Source: an uncultured Methanoregulaceae archaeon (GTDB lineage: Archaea; Halobacteriota; Methanomicrobia; Methanomicrobiales; Methanospirillaceae). From it: a DNA stretch of 64,000 bases. The stretch spans positions 2,208,001 to 2,272,000 of the forward strand of contig CAVTTL010000001.1 of NCBI GenBank assembly GCA_963737635.1, read 5' to 3'. The notes beneath the pieces are model-generated. The model had not been told where the DNA came from, did not search any database, and saw nothing but the letters and a program-made list of their open reading frames with translations. Both the position numbers and the translations under genes were made by a program. The number at the start of each line of letters is the position of its first letter. Positions within the stretch are counted from its first letter, which is position 1. Below are positions 30,690-39,944 of this stretch, in pieces.

Positions 30690-30845
30690 TCTTTATACCT
30701 CTGAATTTATAGGTGAATTCTGCCATAGCGGTATTTGAAGATTGCTTTTTAAGATTCGGGACACATACTGATAGATCACACCGAAGTTACTTTGGTTGGT
30801 CTTTCCTGAGCCATCCTACAACTCCGGTTGCATCGCTCTACAGGC

Positions 30846-31799
30846 TTATTCTACCTCTCGTATACCGAGAACCGCCCGGATCTGTTGCTGTGTTTCTTTG
30901 GGGGTCCCGGTTGTATTGAGCAGGTAGCAGTCCGTCCGGTTAACAATATCGGCGATATAACAATTCCGGAGCGCTGTCTTGCGGGCGTCTCTGACAAGAA
31001 GGTGGGGATTGAAGTAACCATTCGCCGTAAAGAGCGCAACCGCATCGGCTTTTTCCAGCTGACACAGGATCCGCGAGTCGGCGGGATCCCGGTGCAGGAT
31101 GATGAGCGTCGTCAGTGTAGTGAGGGGCAGCAGCCGGCCCTTCCCTACCACCCACCGGACGTCGGCTACTGCCCTCCCATCAGCATCATATTCATTTGCT
31201 GCAACAAGACCGTCAAACTCTTTCCAAATAGCCGAGAGGTCTTGGCGGATGTAGAAATTCCGCTCCGAGCCGTAGGCAAGGATCTCCGGACCGAAGATCC
31301 GGGTAAAAAACCAGTCATCTGATATGATCCGGGCATGTGGACTACGGAGGAGACCGTACGTCTGTGTTGTCTTTCCCGCACCGGATACCCCGACCATACC
31401 CAGACCCTTACCTCCGATATCCACGCAGGCGCCGTGGATCGAGCTGATCCCGTGCTCGTCCTCAAGAATATCACCGCACAAGCCAAGCGCAATCGACTTG
31501 ATCCAACCGTAATAGAGAAAATTGTGGAGGAATGCAGTCTTGGAATACGGATCGAACAGCACGGAATTTTCACCTGCAGATGGGTCAGAAAAGACATAGA
31601 GACGACCGTGCGACCGGATGTTCTGGGACATAGGAGAGAAATTCTCCTGCCAGGTCTCAAGCAGCGTCCGGTTGTCGGAGATCAGCTTGATGCAACAGCC
31701 GAAGATCTCAGATTTGATCTCGTATTTGGCCCGGGGCGCACAGCGCTGTTCGAGCTGTTCTTTTTCTTCCGGGGAAATCAGGGTGATGGTATAGGTCAT
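30846..31799 (-). CDS. HPr kinase/PEPCK-like P-loop protein
   Basis: HGACVD, GVSGAGKTT, IISDDW signatures. Confidence 0.8.
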   Translation of the reverse strand: MTYTITLISPEEKEQLEQRCAPRAKYEIKSEIFGCCIKLISDNRTLLETWQENFSPMSQNIRSHGRLYVFSDPSAGENSVLFDPYSKTAFLHNFLYYGWIKSIALGLCGDILEDEHGISSIHGACVDIGGKGLGMVGVSGAGKTTQTYGLLRSPHARIISDDWFFTRIFGPEILAYGSERNFYIRQDLSAIWKEFDGLVAANEYDADGRAVADVRWVVGKGRLLPLTTLTTLIILHRDPADSRILCQLEKADAVALFTANGYFNPHLLVRDARKTALRNCYIADIVNRTDCYLLNTTGTPKETQQQIRAVLGIREVE

Positions 31800-31940
31800 A
31801 GGACGGCCTCGCGAATATCGATCTGTATTTTGATATTCAGGTGTACCGGAATAGGACATTTTCGGTTGGCACAAAACCCGGATCGATCAGAGTGCTAAAA
31901 AGAGGGGAATCCATTCACGGCATCAGTGCTTAAAAAAAGG

Positions 31941-32432
31941 TTACTGGGTAACCGTCACCATCCCTCTCATGAAGGGATGAATGTTGCAGATATACGGATA
32001 CGTCCCGGTTTGGTTGAAAGTGAATTGGAATGTGTCCCCCTGATGGAGGACCGGTGAACTGAATAATACCGGCGATGGTTCCACCGAAGTGGCAGTATGA
32101 TAAACAGGGTCGAGGTTTGTCCATGTCACTGTAGTCCCTTGTTTCACCGTTATTGATGCGGGAACGAATGAATAATTCTGGATGGCAACCGATGCATTCC
32201 CCGAATAGACCGCTACTGTTGCTACGGGAGAGACAGGTGCTGACATCACCATTGTTGTTGTGGCAGGTGGAACGGGTGTTGTTTCTATGGTTTGAAGGAC
32301 TGTTTGCGACGGCGAGGCAGTAGGTGTCGGCATCTGCGATGACGATGGAGACATACATCCAGCAATCGAAACGGCGGCGATGAGGATAAGGGTAAAAGCC
32401 GCTCCAGGTACAAGGTATGTATGGGCGTGCAT
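31941..32432 (-). CDS. Plastocyanin/azurin-like blue copper lipoprotein
   Basis: Lipobox IAGC; Thr/Pro linker; YHTAT...YICNIHPFMRG (His/Cys/His/Met ligands). Confidence 0.9.
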   Translation of the reverse strand: MHAHTYLVPGAAFTLILIAAVSIAGCMSPSSSQMPTPTASPSQTVLQTIETTPVPPATTTMVMSAPVSPVATVAVYSGNASVAIQNYSFVPASITVKQGTTVTWTNLDPVYHTATSVEPSPVLFSSPVLHQGDTFQFTFNQTGTYPYICNIHPFMRGMVTVTQ

Positions 32433-32556
32433 ACCCCCACATGATACGGACATATATTAATAATCTTCCCTGGTACAGAACGTCACCGGGCGGAGTTTTC
32501 ACCTCGAAAGAGTTTGCAAGACAAAATTAAGGCAGTTTTGAACGTACTATCAAATT

Positions 32557-32717
32557 GCTCAGGGTAAGAGTCAGCAGCACGGGCAGATATGGGAGGGCAG
32601 CATGGTGGCATGCTTATCCCTCCCGGCTTCCTTACCCGCCTGAGTCTCGGCCTGCTATCAATCACCCGGGTTCCGGCGTACTCATCGGAGCTGAGTTTTC
32701 CATTGGGGGCTTTTTTT
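32557..32717 (+). ncRNA. Candidate structured non-coding RNA (unknown family)
   Basis: Nested helices CTCAG/CTGAG, GGTAAG/CTTACC, GGGAGGG/CCCTCCC, AGCATG/CATGCT; upstream AAATTAAG; ends in T7. Confidence 0.45.
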
Positions 32718-33750
32718 ACACACCATCATGCCGACGGACAAATACAAAAAGAAGAATGCCACCCATGCATGCACCGATCGTCACGGCCACCGGGAGGGGG
32801 GTAAGATTTCCCGGTACGAGCGACGCGGATTTGAGTTCAATAGTGCAGTTGACCGACTCGTCTGCGATCACTCCGACTTGAACTTCGATCGGGATATACC
32901 CGTTGAGAGTTGCGTTGATCGTGTGGTTACCCGCCGCAAGACCGGCCTCGGTTAGCGGGGAGAGCCCAACGTTAATCCCATCAAGAACGATCCGCGCTCC
33001 CTCCGGGTTTGTATTTATTAAAAGGGTTCCGGTTTTTGGCTGGAGCGCTGCATTCACTTCTGTAATCGCGCCAGCCTCGACAGTAGCCATTGTAGATATG
33101 GGCTCGTAATTAAACTTGGAAAAATTGATCTGGTACGCGCCGGGACTCAGCCCGGAGAGATTCATCGGTGTATGTCCCTGATAACTCCCGTTGATAACAA
33201 CTGAGGCATTGCCCGGAACCGAACTGATATCGAGAGTACCGGGAACCACTACGGGGGTAACGATGCTCCCAGGAGATGTGGTAGCGGTAACGGAGCTGAT
33301 ACCGGGACCGTTCAGTGATACCGAAATGGTACGTGTACTCCGCTTCATTCAAGTTAGAAAGGTCGTTTGGTCCATCGACAACCCAGATCGTATAGGTGCC
33401 GGCATCGAGACTTCCCCCAGCGACCCGGTATACCAGTTATATTCCCAGTGATTGTTACTGTCGACACTGACCTGCGTAAATCCTCCCTGATCGGCACGGT
33501 TGTTGATATTATCCAGCGCTACACCGTTTGCCGGGAGGTTTGGCCCGGTCAGGAAGAGATAGACGGTCTGGCTGGAATAACTATATCCGGATAGCGGTAT
33601 CGTTTCACCAATGTATGCCTGAACCGAACCGGCTGCCGCTACAACACTTACAACTACAAAGAGAAGGAGAATCCCGGCACACAGGATCCGGTATATACGT
33701 ATCGTTCCCGTCATGCAGGTTTTTTTACCGGTATCCGCTGTTTGTACCAT
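32716..33750 (-). CDS. PEGA-domain surface protein; frameshift ~33415
   Basis: Signal peptide; YLFLTGPNLP; two PEGA repeats (SSVPGNASV..G.TP, NTNPEGARI); C-terminal TM plus RR. Confidence 0.8.
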
Positions 33751-33783
33751 AGTCAGGAATAAAAATGGAGTCTGGTTATACCT

Positions 33784-34644
33784 TTATTTGGCAGTTGTGT
33801 TTACCTTCGCAGTCGTATTCGACGTCAGAGGCAGGGTGGGGAGAGGTGTAAGCACCTGAGTAGGAGTGGGGGTAGGTGTGGCAAGCGAAACCTGCATATC
33901 AACGCTTCCATAGGGGATGGTTGTCGAATCGGTTTTTACAGTGGTGCCATCATTGTACACGTTAACCTTCAATGCATCACCGGAGCCATCCGTTTTCTGG
34001 ACAGATACAGCAATCGCGTACTCAGTCGGGATCCTGTAGAAATGATCTCCTGTATCAGTCACTTCCTGCTGCGCTCCCGGGACACCGACGGACCCGCTAT
34101 AGGTCTTGTCGTACGTAATCTCAACCCAGACGCCCGACTGCGGGACAACTGTTTGTGGGGTCGTCGGTACCTTAGTCACCACAGCAGTTAGGACCAGAGT
34201 TGGAGTCGGGGTTGGCAGGGGAGTCTGCGTTGTCGGCAGGGGTGTAGTAACCGGCGGGGCAACCGTATTCGACCCCTTGTTTTTCATCAGCATAAATCCC
34301 CCGCCCACAACCGCTATGATTACAATAACGATAATAATCGCAGCGATGAAACGCGTATGTTTTTTCCGGGGTAATTCAGGTACCGGGGGGAGTGGAGGAA
34401 TTGTCGGCACTGACGGGGCTGCGAGTGGGACCGCTACCGGTGCAGGATTGGTGGCTGCAACCGGAGCCGTCTCAGCGGGTGTCTCGGGGGCAGGCACCGG
34501 CGTTGCCGGCGGGACAGGTGCCGGTTCAGGGATCGCTGGTGGTATTCCCGTCCGGGGAACAGAATCCTCTATGAGGGGTTCGATTGAGTGGATGATCTGC
34601 TCGATTGGCCGACCCTTTCGATCCGCTTGTCCCATTCCCGTCAC
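33784..34644 (-). CDS. Pro-rich, single-TM protein with an extracellular domain (probable C-terminal half of the 35307 gene)
   Basis: In frame with the upstream ORF across a single TAG at 34660-34662. Confidence 0.7.
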   Translation of the reverse strand: MTGMGQADRKGRPIEQIIHSIEPLIEDSVPRTGIPPAIPEPAPVPPATPVPAPETPAETAPVAATNPAPVAVPLAAPSVPTIPPLPPVPELPRKKHTRFIAAIIIVIVIIAVVGGGFMLMKNKGSNTVAPPVTTPLPTTQTPLPTPTPTLVLTAVVTKVPTTPQTVVPQSGVWVEITYDKTYSGSVGVPGAQQEVTDTGDHFYRIPTEYAIAVSVQKTDGSGDALKVNVYNDGTTVKTDSTTIPYGSVDMQVSLATPTPTPTQVLTPLPTLPLTSNTTAKVNTTAK

Positions 34645-34659
34645 CGGAACTGCAGAGAT

Positions 34660-35307
34660 CTACCCGCCGGAATAGAACTGCCCGGCCTCTTCCCCAGGAA
34701 TGACGACCTTTGTCCCGCATCGGTTGCAGAACGTTGAACCCGGGGGAATGCGGTTTCCGCATCTCCCGCAGAACGATCCCTCAGGAAGTGACGTGGTTTC
34801 GACGGGTTTAGGGGGGAGATGGCTGGTTTCCACTACAATCTTTTTTATGGGCCGGGCTGTTTCAATCTTCTTTTTTACCCCGGTATTACCGGGATAATCC
34901 GGGCGGGCTTCTCCCTGCGCCTGCGTATCGGTAACCATATCGGCCGGATACGCTGCTGCCTCGGCGATATTTTTCTTAAGGGCTTTTACCCATTCGTCAG
35001 CCTCACGCCTTCGCTCACCGGCGGTCTGCCTGACAAAGGTGAGCGCCATTTCACGTGTATCCGCCGTATCGGTCAGGATAGTGAGCGTAATGACCGGGTC
35101 ACGGATAGCATTCTCGCCAGCCGTTACATTCCGGATTGTGATCAGCGATATCTGCTGTGTCGGGACAACATTCTTCTCGCTGTCGATGATGATGAGGCGT
35201 CGATTGGTGAGCACCAGTTCAAACGGTACAGATTTAACCTTAACATGCTGCGCCGTCAGGACAATAGACTCATCACTTTTCAAGTCGGGATAGCCCATGA
35301 TTACCAC
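34660..35307 (-). CDS. PH-like plus Zn-ribbon protein (N-terminal half)
   Basis: LKSDESIVL...LVLTNRRLIIID; FCGRCG...FCNRCG; paralog of 20799. Confidence 0.7.
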   Translation of the reverse strand: MVIMGYPDLKSDESIVLTAQHVKVKSVPFELVLTNRRLIIIDSEKNVVPTQQISLITIRNVTAGENAIRDPVITLTILTDTADTREMALTFVRQTAGERRREADEWVKALKKNIAEAAAYPADMVTDTQAQGEARPDYPGNTGVKKKIETARPIKKIVVETSHLPPKPVETTSLPEGSFCGRCGNRIPPGSTFCNRCGTKVVIPGEEAGQFYSGG

Positions 35308-35387
35308 GTTCTCTACTATACGTTTGCATGACCTTTGACTAATAAGTATTTATCACGTATTTTATTTTACCGGTAAATGTCAGTCAC

Positions 35388-36674
35388 TTACCCGTTCCAA
35401 AGGCACTCGCGATCGTTCATATATGGTCGGAGCACCTGTGGTATGGTTACCGATCCGTCGCGGTTCTGGTAGTTCTCAAGGATACACCGTAACGCTCTCG
35501 AAGTTGCAATGGCAGTCGAGTTGAGTGTGTGGACATGCTGCTTGGACTCGAAATTTTCTTTGTCGCGCACCCGGATGTTGAGACTGGCTGCCTGGTATGA
35601 AGTACAGTTTGAGCAGGATACGACCTCTTTGTAAGCATTTTCCCGGGGCATCCATGCCTCGATGTCATATTTCTTTGCTGCGACCGTCCCGATGTCCCCG
35701 GTGCAAATATTAACCACATGGTACGGGAGTTCCAGTTTCCTGAACACATCTTCGGCATTTGCAAGGAGTTCTTCGTGGATCTGCCATGAATCCCCGGGCC
35801 TGCAGAAAACAAACTGTTCGATCTTCGTGAACTGGTGAACACGGAAGAGTCCTTTGGTATCGAGACCGTGCGCCCCAATTTCCCTTCGGAAACAAGGCGA
35901 AATGCCAGCGAGACGTAAAGGCAGATCTTTTTCCTCGAAGATCTCATCCTGGTACATTGCAGCAATAGGATGCTCACTTGTTGCTATCAGGTACGCGTCA
36001 TCGTTATCAATCTTGTACATGACTTTTTCAAAATCGTCAAGATCGGTGACGCCTTCGTATGAGCTGTGGTTGATCATGAACGGCGGGATGACCGGAGTGA
36101 ATCCTTTCTTTTCGAGGAGATCGAGCGCAAAGCGCTGAAGTGCGAGGTCCAAGAAGACGAGGCTGCCTTTCAGGAAATAGAAACCCGCACCAGAGATCTT
36201 TGCCGCCCTTTCAAAATCGGCCCAGCCTTTGTCGGCAGCAAGCTGCCCATGGTTCCGAATCTCGAAATCGAAGGTTCGGGGCGTACCGACACGACGGACC
36301 TCTACATTCCCGGAATCATCACATCCCTCCGGGACACTCTCATGAAGAATGTTTGGCAGGCGCATAAGCCGGGTGCGGATAAGGTTTGAAATCGCCTCCT
36401 GCTCAGCGTCATTTTCCTTGATCTTTTTGGGAAGTTCGGCAGCTTCTGCCATCAGAGGCGCCGGGTCTTTCCCGGTTTTTCGCGCCTCGTTGATCTCCCG
36501 TGCTATGGTGTTTCTCCGGCGTCGCAGTTCATCGGTCTGTACTTTAAGCTCCCGGGAATGTGCATCCTTTGCAAGTATTTCGTCCACCCATGCAACCTTA
36601 TCCTGAGCGTTTCTTTTGAGCAGATCGGCTTTTACAATCTCCGGGCTTGCCCGGACAAACCTGATTTCAAGCAT
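35388..36674 (-). CDS. serS: Seryl-tRNA synthetase (standard/bacterial type)
   Basis: LIATSEHP, CFRREIG, RVHQFTKIEQF, EVVSCSNC, HTLNST. Confidence 0.97.
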   Translation of the reverse strand: MLEIRFVRASPEIVKADLLKRNAQDKVAWVDEILAKDAHSRELKVQTDELRRRRNTIAREINEARKTGKDPAPLMAEAAELPKKIKENDAEQEAISNLIRTRLMRLPNILHESVPEGCDDSGNVEVRRVGTPRTFDFEIRNHGQLAADKGWADFERAAKISGAGFYFLKGSLVFLDLALQRFALDLLEKKGFTPVIPPFMINHSSYEGVTDLDDFEKVMYKIDNDDAYLIATSEHPIAAMYQDEIFEEKDLPLRLAGISPCFRREIGAHGLDTKGLFRVHQFTKIEQFVFCRPGDSWQIHEELLANAEDVFRKLELPYHVVNICTGDIGTVAAKKYDIEAWMPRENAYKEVVSCSNCTSYQAASLNIRVRDKENFESKQHVHTLNSTAIATSRALRCILENYQNRDGSVTIPQVLRPYMNDRECLWNG

Positions 36675-36984
36675 CTGATGCACCTCTACGATAATCCCTG
36701 GCCTTTGTCCAAAGGGATCTTCTGGCTAATGTAATTCCTGTATTAGTGTAACATGTTTTACCTTATTATGTTTCGATGCGCATCCAGGTAAATCCACATA
36801 ACACTATTATGTTGTTAAATTTATCGGAGAATTTTTGTTTTAAATTGCCCGATTTGAATTTCGTTTGCGTAAAAACGGCAGAATTGCGCCAGCGTAAAGA
36901 ATCTATGACCGTGATAATCCCAAAAACCAAAAAAACGCCCGTCGGAAGCGATATTATTATATGAGCTCGGCGTCAACTTTTAAG

Positions 36985-37093
36985 AAATGAGGAGACGGGC
37001 TGTTCTGCTCGTGCTCTCCGACTGCCATTCGGATCGAATGGGGGGATGATCGGCACAATGCACTGATTAAAACAATGAGTTCGTGGGTGACGC
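36985..37093 (+). promoter_or_regulatory. Structured 5' leader of the metal-transport operon (riboswitch-like candidate)
   Basis: TATA-like TTATTATA at ~36954; hairpins at 36991-37019 and 37025-37041; SD GGTGA at 37086. Confidence 0.4.
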
Positions 37094-38362
37094 ATGGATT
37101 TTCTGTCTAAATTCTATTTTAACTACCGGAAAATAATCAAGACCATCCAGATATACCTGTTGCTGGCAGGTCCCGGGCTTATCGTGATGATTGCGGACAA
37201 CGACGCCGGTGGCATTACTACCTATGCTGCAACTGGTGCGCAATACGGATTCAACCTTATTTGGTTCCTCATCTTACTCGGGCCTGTTGCGTATTTTGTG
37301 CAGGAGATGACAGTCCGTCTGGGAGCCGTCACCAAGCACGGGCATGCAGAAGCGATCTTCAATGCATTCGGCTCGTTTTGGGGTTGGTTCTCTCTCATTG
37401 ACTTAAGTGTTCTCAATTGGCTTACGATGGTCACCGAGTTCATAGGAATGACCGCGGCGCTCAGCATATTTGGTTTTCCACCAATACTTACTGTCATAAT
37501 TGTTATTCTTGTAATGTTCGGTATAGTCATGTCAGGACGGTACTGGACATGGGAGAAGATCACGATGGTCTTCTGCGTCGTCAACCTGATCTATATTCCG
37601 GCAGCAATCATTCTCCACCCCTCGGTTTCTGATATTCTCCAGAAGGGTTTAATTCCCAACTTTCCGGGAGGCTTTAACGGCCAGCTCTTCTTCTTCCTGA
37701 TGGCAAACATCGGAACAACGATCGCACCATGGATGATCTTCTTCCAGCAGAGCGCCGTCGTCGACAAGAATATGAAGGAGAAGGATATTCCGTGGGGGAA
37801 ATTTGATACAGTGATGGGGGCCTTTTTCACCGTTGTCGTTGCAATATTCGTCCTCATCGTGACAGGTACGCTCTTGTACGGCCAGAATATAAATGATGCC
37901 GGAGCCGCAATTAGGGCGATAATGCCCATCCATCCCTATGTAGGTACCTTATTTGCCATCGGTTTATTTGATGCCGGATTCCTCGGCGCGATCTGCATCG
38001 CGCTTACCAGCTCATGGGCATTTGGGGAGGTTTTCGGATGGGCGCACTCGCTAAACTACAAGGTGAAAGAAGCATTTTGGTTCTACGTATTCTACTTATT
38101 AGGGCTGACGACCGCGGGAGCCGTCGTGCTCATTCCGGGAGCCCCGCTAGTACTAATTACTCTGTTTGTGCAAGTTGTCGCTGTGACTTTGTTGCCGGCA
38201 GCGCTGGTCTTCCTCATCATTCTCCTCAACAACGAGGATATTATGGGAAAATACAAAAATAGTCTCTTTGACAATATCGCGAACATATCGATCGTTGCGT
38301 GCATTATCGTATTGTCAACACTCTACGGCATTAGCACGCTGTTCCCGAACCTGTTCGGGTGA
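37094..38362 (+). CDS. Nramp-related divalent metal (probably Mg2+) transporter
   Basis: GPGLIVMIADNDAGG in place of canonical DPGN; VQEM.VRLG; IGTTIAPW. Confidence 0.9.
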   Translation: MDFLSKFYFNYRKIIKTIQIYLLLAGPGLIVMIADNDAGGITTYAATGAQYGFNLIWFLILLGPVAYFVQEMTVRLGAVTKHGHAEAIFNAFGSFWGWFSLIDLSVLNWLTMVTEFIGMTAALSIFGFPPILTVIIVILVMFGIVMSGRYWTWEKITMVFCVVNLIYIPAAIILHPSVSDILQKGLIPNFPGGFNGQLFFFLMANIGTTIAPWMIFFQQSAVVDKNMKEKDIPWGKFDTVMGAFFTVVVAIFVLIVTGTLLYGQNINDAGAAIRAIMPIHPYVGTLFAIGLFDAGFLGAICIALTSSWAFGEVFGWAHSLNYKVKEAFWFYVFYLLGLTTAGAVVLIPGAPLVLITLFVQVVAVTLLPAALVFLIILLNNEDIMGKYKNSLFDNIANISIVACIIVLSTLYGISTLFPNLFG

Positions 38363-38375
38363 GGGAGGGAGAGAA

Positions 38376-38588
38376 ATGGTAGCAATTGAAAGTGTCTTCG
38401 GGGATCGGATAGGAAGTATCCTACGGAATTCGACGGAAAAGATCCGCAGCATTAACCAGAAATATGCGAAGCCTCAGATCAAACTATCAAGAGGAGCGGC
38501 GTTCGCCCTTCTCGGCCTCAGGCTGTACCTCATCCTTCTAGTTGTTCTGCTTGCCTACAAATTCTGGACAATTGTTACGGGAGCCTGA
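38376..38588 (+). CDS. Small single-TM accessory protein of the Nramp/MgtE operon
   Basis: GGAGG-type RBS; MVAIES...ALLGLRLYLILLVVLLAYKFW. Confidence 0.7.
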   Translation: MVAIESVFGDRIGSILRNSTEKIRSINQKYAKPQIKLSRGAAFALLGLRLYLILLVVLLAYKFWTIVTGA

Positions 38589-38589
38589 C

Positions 38590-39870
38590 ATGACGCAGAA
38601 CGAGACTGCCGCGGGTGCGGCAAAGATCGCAGACCTAGAAATCTTTCTAAGCGAGATCCTGAGTATCCCGGTCATCCTTCGGGGAAAAAAAATAGGCACA
38701 CTCAGCGACCTGATCATTGTGGAGACGGCCCGGATACCTGAAGTAAAATCACTGTATGTCACGCGATCGTTTGGGAAACCCAGCCTTATCATACCTTGGG
38801 AAAACGTTGTGGAGCTGGCTGAACGCCAGATCGAGGTCGATATTCCTAATCTTGAACAATTCGAGGCGGAACCTGCCGAAGATGCAATCCTTCTCAAAGA
38901 TTATGTGATGGATAAAAAGGTGCTCGATCTTGAAGAAAGCGAAGTAGAGGTCGTGTATGATATACGGCTCATCCAAAGAAACAAAAAACTCTATGTGACT
39001 GATGTGGATACGGGGAAATCTGCACGTCTGAGAAGATTCGGCCTAGGACTGTTTTCAAAGATCGTCTCCGCTGATGCCAAGGATGACCAAATGATCTCCT
39101 GGGCCTATATCCAGCCGCTACCCACCAACATCGGCAGTTTCAAAGGTAACGTGAAACTGAAAGTATTAAAGGAAAATCTCGCGGAAATTCACCCGGTTGA
39201 CCTTGCTGATATTCTCGAAGAACTCGATCACGATCAGAGGGTTGCTGTCTTTACTTCGCTTGACAACGAACATGCATCTGACACTTTAGAAGAGATCGAG
39301 CCAAACGTCCAGCGGGATATTATTGCCTCTCTCGATATAGAAAAAGTGGTTCCTCTTATCAACACCATGACGCCCGGTCAGGCTGCCGATGTCCTCTCGG
39401 CCATCCCCCATTCTCAGGCCGAGGATATCCTTGAGGCCCTCAGCCCCGATACGGCAAAGAAGGTGCGTGCGATCATGGAGAAACAGGAGGAGAAGGTGAT
39501 CCATTACACAACCCAGAAGATCCTGAAATTCCTCCCGGATACGCTGGTCGAGTACGTACAGAACGATTATCCGAGTCATGCCCGGGGAAAAGATGTCATC
39601 ATGTACGTCTACGTGGCGGATTCAGGAGATCATCTGCTGGGGGTCGTCGATCTCAAGGATCTGCTGATTGCAGACGACAAAGCGCCCCTCGCAGCGATCA
39701 TGTCAGAAAACGTGATCAGCCTGAATGAAGGCAGCACGCTCAAGGAAGCTTCGCAGGAGTTCGAGCGATACGGTTTCCGGGCCCTGCCGGTCACTGATGA
39801 CGATAACCGCCTTATCGGGGTTATCCCCTACCGCGATGTCATGAACCTGACCCATCACTTCCTCGAATAA
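38590..39870 (+). CDS. MgtE intracellular-domain protein (PRC-barrel + MgtE_N + CBS pair, no TM)
   Basis: HPVDLADILEEL; LLGVVDLKDLL; ALPVTDDDNRLIGVI. Confidence 0.9.
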   Translation: MTQNETAAGAAKIADLEIFLSEILSIPVILRGKKIGTLSDLIIVETARIPEVKSLYVTRSFGKPSLIIPWENVVELAERQIEVDIPNLEQFEAEPAEDAILLKDYVMDKKVLDLEESEVEVVYDIRLIQRNKKLYVTDVDTGKSARLRRFGLGLFSKIVSADAKDDQMISWAYIQPLPTNIGSFKGNVKLKVLKENLAEIHPVDLADILEELDHDQRVAVFTSLDNEHASDTLEEIEPNVQRDIIASLDIEKVVPLINTMTPGQAADVLSAIPHSQAEDILEALSPDTAKKVRAIMEKQEEKVIHYTTQKILKFLPDTLVEYVQNDYPSHARGKDVIMYVYVADSGDHLLGVVDLKDLLIADDKAPLAAIMSENVISLNEGSTLKEASQEFERYGFRALPVTDDDNRLIGVIPYRDVMNLTHHFLE

Positions 39871-39944
39871 GGTGGGAACAGATCAGGTATTGGGGCTGGT
39901 GTTATTTTTTCCGCGATCATGGCAAAGAAACGGGCAATCCGATA

